Assembly: GCF_009914755.1 (NCBI RefSeq)
Contig: NC_060941.1
DNA: 64,000 nt
Strand: one strand, 5' to 3'
Origin: the human T2T-CHM13v2.0 reference genome, Homo sapiens
Shown here: one piece after another, positions 54,144 through 64,000 of the stretch
Numbering within the stretch: position 1 is the stretch's first letter
How the letters are laid out: each line of letters begins with the position of its first letter
Notes under the pieces: model-generated
Databases searched by the model: none
Told to the model about the DNA's origin: nothing
The model's input: only the letters and a program-made list of their open reading frames with translations
Made by a program: the position numbers and the translations under genes

Positions 54144-54256
54144 GGTTTTACATATGTGGCTCCATCTGTACTTGAAAGTGTGAAAGAAAAGTTTTCCTTT
54201 GAACCAAAAATCCGATCACCTCGAAGATTTATTGGCAGCCCACGAACACCTGTCAG
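54144..54256 (+). CDS. RPS6KB1: RPS6KB1 exon 14 (113 nt; mTORC1 site T412/T389, autoinhibitory SP/TP sites)
   Basis: [37 protein letters not shown](S); T412 codon at 54150-54152. Confidence 0.98.
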
Positions 54257-54489
54257 GTATTTCACACTCTTATTTTCACTTTTTTTTGTTTTTAAACAAC
54301 CTACAAGAGTGTTTGCTTAAGAAGTTTATGCCAAGTTATATAAATGAAAGACTGTCATACTCTCTTTGGTTGACATAAGCACAGCATCTATATCTTACAT
54401 TGCAAAGGACTAGTCTGACTAATCTATGATGTTATATGGTTTACCTTCCCTCCCAAAAGTAAGCAGCCATACTGGCAAATGTCCTCTTT

Positions 54490-55140
54490 ATCCATTCACT
54501 CAGCATTTATTGTGCACCAAGAGCACCAGCACTACATACTGCATGTTATGTGTGTGTATCTATATAGTACTATAATACAGGAATTGTCCCTGTCCTGATG
54601 AAGCTTACAATTTAGTGGGAAAGTCACAATAGACAAAGGATATACAAAAATATAATTACAAGTAGTGCAAAGTGCTATAATTTAAAAGGGGAAAAAAAGA
54701 ATGTACTGGTAGAGAGCAGAGGAAAAACAAGGGGGCTTCTACTCACAGTGATCAGAGAAAGGCCTCCCTGGTGTAGTAACATCTAGCAGTGAACGGAAAG
54801 AGCCAGCCCTACAAAAATAGGAGGTATAAGAATGTTGCAGGCAGAAGAACAGCAAATGCAAAAACCCTGAGGGAGGAGAAAAGTTGCCCTTTTCCTGGAA
54901 GTGAAAGGGAAATCAGTGTTCCTGGAGTGTGTGGTGAGTGAGGAGAAGGGCAGAGGTTTGGAAAAGTATTTTATTTTAAATGCAATAGAAAGCTGTTTTG
55001 AGCAGGGGAGAGTAAAATGATATATATAATACGCATTTAAATGTATATATATCTCATTGAGGGTTTTGGGGGTCAGGTGTAGAGGTAAAGAGACCAGTTA
55101 GGAAATTCTAGCAGTTAATCTAGGTGGGGGAGAGATGGTT
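54490..55140 (-). mobile_element. L2 3' fragment in intron 14
   Basis: CATTCACTCAGCATTTATTG...GTCCCTGTCCTGATGAAGCTTACAATTTAGTGGG...GCAGGCAGAAGAACAGCAAATGCAAAAACCCTGAG...GAGACCAGTTAGGA. Confidence 0.7.
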
Positions 55141-55288
55141 CAATTTTTGCCTTTGTGCTAATCCACGTGAAAATAAAATTAAATGAAAATAAATGTCATG
55201 TTACCCCACTCCCTTTAAACGTAAAGGAAATATGTCTTGTTGAGATGACCCTTAAGCAAATGAATGATAGCTCTTCCTTGTCTTAAAG

Positions 55289-55526
55289 CCCAGTCAAATT
55301 TTCTCCTGGGGATTTCTGGGGAAGAGGTGCTTCGGCCAGCACAGCAAATCCTCAGACACCTGTGGAATACCCAATGGAAACAAGTGGCATAGAGCAGATG
55401 GATGTGACAATGAGTGGGGAAGCATCGGCACCACTTCCAATACGACAGCCGAACTCTGGGCCATACAAAAAACAAGCTTTTCCCATGATCTCCAAACGGC
55501 CAGAGCACCTGCGTATGAATCTATGA
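55289..55526 (+). CDS. RPS6KB1: RPS6KB1 exon 15 coding part (238 nt, to TGA)
   Basis: PVKFSPGDFWGRGASASTANPQTPVEYPMETSGIEQMDVTMSGEASAPLPIRQPNSGPYKKQAFPMISKRPEHLRMNL*. Exon lengths sum to 1578 nt = 525 aa plus stop. Confidence 0.98.
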
Positions 55527-58500
55527 CAGAGCAATGCTTTTAATGAATTTAAGGCAAAAAAGGTGGAGAGGGAGATGTGTGAGCATCCTGCAAGGTGAAA
55601 CAAGACTCAAAATGACAGTTTCAGAGAGTCAATGTCATTACATAGAACACTTCGGACACAGGAAAAATAAACGTGGATTTTAAAAAATCAATCAATGGTG
55701 CAGAAAAAAACTTAAAGCAAAATAGTATTGCTGAACTCTTAGGCACATCAATTAATTGATTCCTCGCGACATCTTCTCAACCTTATCAAGGATTTTCATG
55801 TTGATGACTCGAAACTGACAGTATTAAGGGTAGGATGTTGCTTCTGAATCACTGTTGAGTTCTGATTGTGTTGAAGAAGGGTTATCCTTTCATTAGGCAA
55901 AGTACAAAATTGCCTATAATACTTGCAACTAAGGACAAATTAGCATGCAAGCTTGGTCAAACTTTTTCCAGCAAAATGGAAGCAAAGACAAAAGAAACTT
56001 ACCAATTGATGTTTTACGTGCAAACAACCTGAATCTTTTTTTTATATAAATATATATTTTTCAAATAGATTTTTGATTCAGCTCATTATGAAAAACATCC
56101 CAAACTTTAAAATGCGAAATTATTGGTTGGTGTGAAGAAAGCCAGACAACTTCTGTTTCTTCTCTTGGTGAAATAATAAAATGCAAATGAATCATTGTTA
56201 ACCACAGCTGTGGCTCGTTTGAGGGATTGGGGTGGACCTGGGGTTTATTTTCAGTAACCCAGCTGCAATACCTGTCTGTAATATGAGAAAAAAAAAATGA
56301 ATCTATTTAATCATTTCTACTTGCAGTACTGCTATGTGCTAAGCTTAACTGGAAGCCTTGGAATGGGCATAAGTTGTATGTCCTACATTTCATCATTGTC
56401 CCGGGCCTGCATTGCACTGGAAAAAAAAATCGCCACCTGTTCTTACACCAGTATTTGGTTCAAGACACCAAATGTCTTCAGCCCATGGCTGAAGAACAAC
56501 AGAAGAGAGTCAGGATAAAAAATACATACTGTGGTCGGCAAGGTGAGGGAGATAGGGATATCCAGGGGAAGAGGGTGTTGCTGTGGCCCACTCTCTGTCT
56601 AATCTCTTTACAGCAAATTGGTAAGATTTTCAGTTTTACTTCTTTCTACTGTTTCTGCTGTCTACCTTCCTTATATTTTTTTCCTCAACAGTTTTAAAAA
56701 GAAAAAAAGGTCTATTTTTTTTTCTCCTATACTTGGGCTACATTTTTTGATTGTAAAAATATTTGATGGCCTTTTGATGAATGTCTTCCACAGTAAAGAA
56801 AACTTAGTGGCTTAATTTAGGAAACATGTTAACAGGACACTATGTTTTTGAAATTGTAACAAAATCTACATAAATGATTTACAGGTTAAAAGAATAAAAA
56901 TAAAGGTAACTTTACCTTTCTTAAATATTTCCTGCCTTAAAGAGAGCATTTCCATGACTTTAGCTGGTGAAAGGGTTTAATATCTGCAGAGCTTTATAAA
57001 AATATATTTCAGTGCATACTGGTATAATAGATGATCATGCAGTTGCAGTTGAGTTGTATCACCTTTTTTGTTTGTCTTTTATAATGTCTTCAGTCTGAGT
57101 GTGCAAAGTCAATTTGTAATATTTTGCAACCCTAGGATTTTTTTAAATAGATGCTGCTTGCTATGTTTTCAAACCTTTTTGAGCCATAGGATCCAAGCCA
57201 TAAAATTCTTTATGCATGTTGAATTCAGTCAGAAAAGAGCAAGGCTTTGCTTTTTGAAATTGCAACTCAAATGAGATGGGATGAAATCCTATGACAGTAA
57301 GCAAAAACAGAACCATGAAAAATGATTGGACATACACCTTTTCAATTGTGGCAATAATTGAAAGAATCGATAAAAGTTCATCTTTGGACAGAAAGCCTTT
57401 AAAAAAAAAATCACTCCCTCTTCCCCCTCCTCCCTTATTGCAGCAGCCTACTGAGAACTTTGACTGTTGCTGGTAAATTAGAAGCTACAATAATAATTAA
57501 GGGCAGAAATTATACTTAAAAAGTGCAGATCCTTGTTCTTTGACAATTTGTGATGTCTGAAAAAACAGAACCCGAAAAGCTATGGTGATATGTACAGGCA
57601 TTATTTCAGACTGTAAATGGCTTGTGATACTCTTGATACTTGTTTTCAAATATGTTTACTAACTGTAGTGTTGACTGCCTGACCAAATTCCAGTGAAACT
57701 TATACACCAAAATATTCTTCCTAGGTCCTATTTGCTAGTAACATGAGCACTGTGATTGGCTGGCTATAACCACCCCAGTTAAACCATTTTCATAATTAGT
57801 AGTGCCAGCAATAGTGGCAAACACTGCAACTTTTCTGCATAAAAAGCATTAATTGCACAGCTACCATCCACACAAATACATAGTTTTTCTGACTTCACAT
57901 TTATTAAGTGAAATTTATTTCCCATGCTGTGGAAAGTTTATTGAGAACTTGTTTCATAAATGGATATCCCTACTATGACTGTGAAAACATGTCAAGTGTC
58001 ACATTAGTGTCACAGACAGAAAGCACACACCTATGCAATATGGCTTATCTATATTTATTTGTAAAAATCCAAGCATAGTTTAAAATATGATGTCGATATT
58101 ACTAGTCTTGAGTTTCTAAGAGGGTTCTTTATGTTATACCAGGTAAGTGTATAAAAGAGATTAAGTGCTTTTTTTTCATCACTTGATTATTTTCTTTAAA
58201 ATCAGCTATTACAGGATATTTTTTTATTTTATACATGCTGTTTTTTAATTAAAATATAATCACTGAAGTTTACTAATTTGATTTTATAAGGTTTGTAGCA
58301 TTACAGAATAACTAAACTGGGATTTATAAACCAGCTGTGATTAACAATGTAAAGTATTAATTATTGAACTTTGAACCAGATTTTTAGGAAAATTATGTTC
58401 TTTTTCCCCCTTTATGGTCTTAACTAATTTGAATCCTTCAAGAAGGATTTTTCCATACTATTTTTTAAGATAGAAGATAATTTGTGGGCAGGGGTGGAGG

Positions 58501-59185
58501 ATGCATGTATGATACTCCATAAATTCAACATTCTTTACTATAGGTAATGAATGATTATAAACAAGATGCATCTTAGATAGTATTAATATACTGAGCCTTG
58601 GATTATATATTTAATATAGGACCTATTTTGAATATTCAGTTAATCATATGGTTCCTAGCTTACAAGGGCTAGATCTAAGATTATTCCCATGAGAAATGTT
58701 GAATTTATGAAGAATAGATTTTAAGGCTTTGAAAATGGTTAATTTCTCAAAAACATCAATGTCCAAACATCTACCTTTTTTCATAGGAGTAGACACTAGC
58801 AAGCTGGACAAACTATCACAAAAGTATTTGTCACACATAACCTGTGGTCTGTTGCTGATTAATACAGTACTTTTTCTTGTGTGATTCTTAACATTATAGC
58901 ACAAGTATTATCTCAGTGGATTATCCGGAATAACATCTGAAAGATGGGTTCATCTATGTTTGTGTTTGCTCTTTAAACTATTGTTTCTCCTATCCCAAGT
59001 TCGCTTTGCATCTATCAGTAAATAAAATTCTTCAGCTGCCTTATTAGGAGTGCTATGAGGGTAACACCTGTTCTGCTTTTCATCTTGTATTTAGTTGACT
59101 GTATTATTTGATTTCGGATTGAATGAATGTAAATAGAAATTAAATGCAAATTTGAATGAACATAAATAGAAGTGATTTATTTTTT
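55527..59185 (+). other. RPS6KB1: RPS6KB1 3' UTR (~3.65 kb; end approximate)
   Basis: AU-rich and Alu-free. AATAAA at 55666, 56175, 56893, 56899 and 59021; CATAAA at 59161 followed by a T-rich tract. Confidence 0.8.
56327..56342 (+). CDS. RPS6KB1: Alternative acceptor inside the 3' UTR giving C-terminus ...PVSTAMC* (451 aa)
   Basis: TTTAATCATTTCTACTTGCAG|T ACT GCT ATG TGC TAA, in phase with exon 14. Confidence 0.55.
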
Positions 59186-60809
59186 TATTATCTTAAAGAT
59201 AGGAAGGAATTAGTATACGTATCAGGTGTATAAATGGTTTAAATTTATTTTCATTAACATGTCAGATGTGTTCAAGTTGTCATATAAATAAACTATGTAT
59301 GTAAGGAATGGGTTAAAAGCTGTTCTGCTGAGAAACTGAAGCTATTTAAGTATATAACAAGTTTTAGTATTGATTTTTAAGTTAGATGTTACACATCTTT
59401 GATTTTCAAGTTATGTCAGATAGTAGATATGAATTGTTTACTTAAAAAAATACATGTAACAATCTACGTGAAAGCTAGCTTCATAAAAAACTCTAGGAAG
59501 ACCTTCTTGTGCTAACAATCAACAATCTGTTCAGCTACACTTGGTCAGCTACATTTGATAATTTGATATGTATGCACAAAATAACGTAGTGAACAAATGT
59601 GTTTTAACTAATGTCTCAATATATCTAGTGTAAGCTGGGTATTTTGCATTAACCACTTCTTTTCTGTGAGGTAATTATACCACACTTGCCAAGGGGATTT
59701 CTCTACAGAAGCTCTCAAACTGATCTTACCTTGCTATACAACATAGTAGCCTATCAATACTGGTAAAACAATCTTTTAGAAGCCATGATCTGAATTCACA
59801 GAGTAAATGAGTTTCTGAATCTACATTACCTGTTTTTGAGGTGAAGGAATAGAGGGATGGAAGAAATGCTTCCAGTTCATCAGCATTTTTATTGGATGGC
59901 ATAGCTCCATTAGATTTTCTCCCTTTTCAATTTATAGGTAAACTGCATTCCAAAAAAAAACCCCACCATGCACCTCCTTGGTTATGTAATCACATTAAGA
60001 AACAGTGCTGTCTGAATAGTTACAGAGTAAGCAAATGTATTAAATAGGTATTCTAATAGGGCTGAAGTAAAATGCTATTCTTGTATTTGAACAGGAAGTC
60101 ATCTTGGCTATCCTTCACAGCCGAATTGTAATCCCACATTGCTTTTCTCACCCATCCTCTGCCGTATACCTAAATAATACAACTATTAGCATCACCACAA
60201 AGCCATTTAAATAATATTTGTAGTGGGTCTCAAAGTAGATAACAGAGTAAAATATACTGTAATTGAATATAGTTGTACTTACAACCTGGTAGTATTTACC
60301 TGGAGAGAAAAAAATGGTACAGGCTTCCTAATGTTTGTTTGTCAATTTGGATGGCTGTACAGTCATGGAAGTGCCTTCTATAACCAGTTGGTCAGTTTGC
60401 TAAACTAAACAATTCATTTGCTAGTTTAGCTTTTGTCTTATCAGTACAGCAAATCTGTTTTCTACCTCTGCTTCCTAAGTTCTTTCTACCACCTTTTCCT
60501 CGACTACAAACTGATAGATGTACTCTAAACTTGGATATAAGCACTAGCAGCCCTTCAGACATGTTTTAGATTTCAGATTCCTCCTTAGAGGTAACAAGGG
60601 GAGAAAGTGCTTCATTCTCTTTTCTAGCACCCTGCACAAATACCTAGAGGCGAACAAACCACACTATCAAAACCTCATGACCACCTCTCAGTGCGAGCTT
60701 CAATCTTCCAATTGATGGTGATTCAAGCATAAAATTCCAAAACTTTTATGGAGAAGACTAATTATAAGGGCAATTTTTTATAAGATTTTAGGGCATCTGT
60801 CTTGAAACT

Positions 60810-60932
60810 TTTTTCTTTTAAATAGAGATGGGATGTTGCCCAGGCTGGTCTTGAACTCCTGGGTTCAAGCAGTCCTCCTGCCTCTGCCTCCCAAAGTGCT
60901 GGGATTACAGGTGTGAGCCACCATGCCTGGCC
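60810..60932 (-). mobile_element. Alu left monomer/FLAM in the RPS6KB1-RNFT1 gap
   Basis: Alu monomer consensus. Confidence 0.85.
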
Positions 60933-61094
60933 ATTTGTCTTGTTTTCTATACTATTCAAATCATCAAGTAAGCCAGCTGTTTATAATCCACATGAATTAT
61001 TTTAATAGTTACTTCGAGATACTCCATGGTACTATACAAAAAGCATGATCATGAACATTAAAGCTGATGGCAGGAAGAATTTATGACGTCCAGA

Positions 61095-61716
61095 GACAAA
61101 ATGAATTTAAATCATTTATTTTCACTTATTACTAATCTTACTACAGAGAATAATACAATACTATAATGTATCATCCTCAGTAAATTAATCTTCACTTAGA
61201 AAATGTTACTGATAAAATACAACATTTAGAATTTTCATTTAAAAATACAAATTTTATGAAAATATTAAGAATTTTTAGGATGGGAATTATAAAAGTCAAT
61301 GCTGAACAAAATTCTACTTTTAGATAGTATGTATCTTAAAATATTATGAAAAATATTCTTTATTCTGAAAACAATGTCAGGAAAGAATACCTGAGTTCTC
61401 TAAAACCACTAGTTCTAATTTCAAATTGCTGTTTTGGTAACATAAAGAAAACACATTTACAATTTAACACTGCAGTTACCTGTCAAATAATTAGAATAGA
61501 ATAAATGTTGCATATACATTAGGTTGAACATTATATATATTTTAAAACACAGGGTGGTTTCATTTAATCTTTTGGTGAATTGGATCATAAGTCCTACATT
61601 CTAAAACCATCTGGAAACATTTTTCTGGTAGCCCTGAAAATCCATTCTGATGCCTTATCAGTAGTCATTATGACCAAATGACATTAGTATTTTGTGGCCT
61701 TGATAGTTTATACAAC
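61095..61716 (-). other. RNFT1: RNFT1 3' UTR (end approximate)
   Basis: Follows the RNFT1 stop; minus-strand AATAAA (+ strand TTTATT 61115-61120). Confidence 0.7.
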
Positions 61717-61851
61717 TTAATATATTTGAAGGTGTGATGAAGTGGCTCCATCCTTCCATTTGTTTATATGGTCTGAAATCACAGTTCTGCAGAGTGGACA
61801 TGTTTTCTCTCTGTTAAACCATAAGGTCATGCACTCTTCACAAAATATATG
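61717..61851 (-). CDS. RNFT1: RNFT1 last coding exon (C-terminal half of the C3HC4 RING)
   Basis: Reverse complement reads TACAG|HIFCEECMTLWFNREKTCPLCRTVISDHINKWKDGATSSHLQIY*. Confidence 0.93.
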   Translation of the reverse strand, partial: HIFCEECMTLWFNREKTCPLCRTVISDHINKWKDGATSSHLQIY

Positions 61852-61929
61852 CTGTAATGGAATTAAGAATTAGATTTGATATTTGATAATCATTTTAAAT
61901 CCATCACATTGTAGGGAATGAAAGGGATT

Positions 61930-62238
61930 CTTTTTTTTTTTTTTTGAGATGGAGACTGAAGTCTTGCTCTGTCACCCAGGCCGGAGTGCAATGGCACCAT
62001 CTCGGCTCACTGCAACCTCCGCCCCCGACTGGTTCAAGTGATTCTCCTGCCTCAGCCTCCCAAGTTGCCGGGATTACAGGTGACCACCACCACCATGCCC
62101 AGCTAGTTTTTTTATTTTTAGTAGAGACAGGGTTTCACCATGTTGGTCAGGCTGGTCTTGAACTCCTGACCTCAGGTGATCCACCCACCTCAGCCTCCCA
62201 AAGTTCTGGGATTACAGGCGTGAGCCACTGTGTCCAGC
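61930..62238 (-). mobile_element. AluS in the last RNFT1 intron
   Basis: Alu consensus; TSD TGAAAGGGATT on both sides. Confidence 0.92.
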
Positions 62239-62783
62239 CTGAAAGGGATTTTGAAGAGCACTAATCCCCTCATTTTACAATTGTGAAAATGGAGAACGTA
62301 TGAGACATTCAAGAAGACAAAGAGCAGTATGATTGGTAGAGCCACTAGTGTTCTGGCTGTACCATCCATTTAACCATAAAAGCTATCCTTAGGTGACACC
62401 TTTAAGATTAAGTATGATAACTGCTTAAGGTCTTTGAGTTACTAGTAACTGCCATAAAGTATAGGAAAGGGCCACAATCCAGTAACAAATGTCAGTATTG
62501 TTCTACATGGCTAGTATCCAATTATAAAATAGCCTGTTTTTTAATCACTTTGGTATTCAATCTGCCAGTTGAATTATTTTTTCCCCTTCATACGCTCCTC
62601 TGCATAAAAATTATCAGAACATAAGGGACAAAACTTAGCCAATCCACTAGTATGTACCCTGAATGCTACCTTCCACTAAACACTAGATTTTTTTTTTTTT
62701 GCCTTACAGCAAACATAAATTTGACTTTTGCAAGTCACAGAGAACTGTTGTATTTAGGTTTTTAAATTTAAAAATGTAATTAC

Positions 62784-62885
62784 CTGACAGATGAGAAGAA
62801 TTGGCTTCTGAAATTCAGCTTGACATATTGAACAAATATCATCCACATCTGAACACTGTCTCTTGCTGGCAGCCACTCCATAACT
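62784..62885 (-). CDS. RNFT1: RNFT1 penultimate exon (N-terminal half of the RING)
   Basis: Reverse complement reads AG|SYGVAASKRQCSDVDDICSICQAEFQKPILLICQ|GTAATT. It joins in frame to complete C-x2-C...C-x-H-x2-C-x2-C...C-x2-C. Confidence 0.93.
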
Positions 62886-63256
62886 CTATGAAGATAGTAA
62901 GTTCTGTTCATCTACAAATTTCTTTCTTTCCTGTTCCTCAAATTACATAAGTAATGCTGTACTTCTCAAATCTCCCTGGAACCAGGCATTTGAAAAACTT
63001 CCCAAAGGATACAAACATCTCAAAGCTGAGCCATATACAGAACCACCTCTTGAGTGCACCAAAATGAAATCATTAAATAATACATAATAGGATTTTGAAA
63101 GATTGTTAGATCTACTAGCTTTACAAAGGATGATAGTGCTTCAAATTCAACATAACTGGCTTAAGAGACTAAGCAATCTGAAATGTAACTATTATAAAAT
63201 CTATAGCCATGTATTATTTGACCCAGGACTGCCAAATTGAGCTTATTACCTGCAGC

Positions 63257-63454
63257 AGTGGTTCATAAAGTCAATCCAGCCAGAGGTTGGCTGGTTGAAT
63301 GTAACTCATGTGGAAAGCTTGCTTTAAAAATAGATTTCTCTGTTCCACACAATATCAATTCACTAGGACCAGACATATTGGGATGTGACCCAGTAATCTA
63401 TTATTTGAAAGGTCTCCAAGTGAGTGCAATATGAAGAAGACTTAGGGACCACTG
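63257..63454. mobile_element. MER5-like (hAT-Charlie) MITE remnant
   Basis: Terminal inverted ends CAGTGGT...ACCACTG about 200 bp apart, with a MER5-like interior. Confidence 0.5.
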
Positions 63455-64000
63455 AAGAATTTTCTGCCACTAGGTCTAAAAATTATTCGAAATTATAAAA
63501 AGCATTTAGTGCTAAACATAAAAAAGTTTTACGGAGAAACTGCAACTGTAAATGTCGCTTTGGTAGAATAACTACTGTCAAAACTAACTGAACAAAAATG
63601 CAATTATTTGAATTTTCTTCTCTTCTAATGTCCTAATAACAAGTTACTCGTCTCTAAGATTTTAACCTCCTCACCAGATTCAGAACTTAGTCATTAACTA
63701 GATGTGATGTCAATAACCCTCAGTGAAATTTGGAGAAATCAAAATGTTACAAATGAAACCTGCTTTCTGTAGAAATGATGGGGAAGAGGTAACTAAAGAG
63801 ATGTAAGAACACCCAAGTCAGTCACGGTCATGAGGGTAAAGCATGACTTAACATAGCTGAAGTTATCTAAACTTCTTGTACTAAAACGTCTCAGGCTAAC
63901 AACATCAAAATCAAAGTAAAACTCAAAGGATAAAGATATTAAAAATTGAGGTTTTTTGAAACTGGTAATAAAGATTTCAGAAATAAGTCAGGATACTGTT

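Noticed and set aside
55215-55603. Antisense ORFs over exon 15
   Set aside because: Shadow ORFs of the coding exon with no independent promoter or splice evidence.

Overview
Primate (human or near-human great ape) genomic DNA containing the complete RPS6KB1 gene (p70/p85 S6 kinase 1) on the + strand. All 15 coding exons were assembled by hand with GT-AG boundaries (1933-55526, 1578 nt, 525 aa), followed by a ~3.65-kb Alu-free 3' UTR. A CpG-island bidirectional promoter at ~1.4-2.5 kb is shared with a minus-strand gene, which known synteny identifies as TUBD1. The last two RING-finger exons of the convergent RNFT1 gene lie at the right end. The introns hold roughly 85-90 Alus (by-eye count), old L1/L2/MIR/MER fragments, one MaLR solo LTR and an RPS29 processed pseudogene. 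Nearly all ORFs in the supplied track are Alu translation artefacts. The most unusual structures are: (1) a helically phased array of eight same-orientation TRCGCATGYYY (NRF1-like) motifs across the bidirectional promoter; (2) a strong-Kozak uORF whose stop overlaps the p85 start codon; (3) the Alu-free intron-6 alternative-exon module, in which a 116-codon frame is broken by a single TGA; (4) an exon 2-4 block that would form a stop-free 240-nt circle; (5) a perfect 89-bp tandem duplication beside a CTCF motif; (6) serial Alu re-insertion at single target sites. No database searches were run, so the novelty of these observations is unverified.
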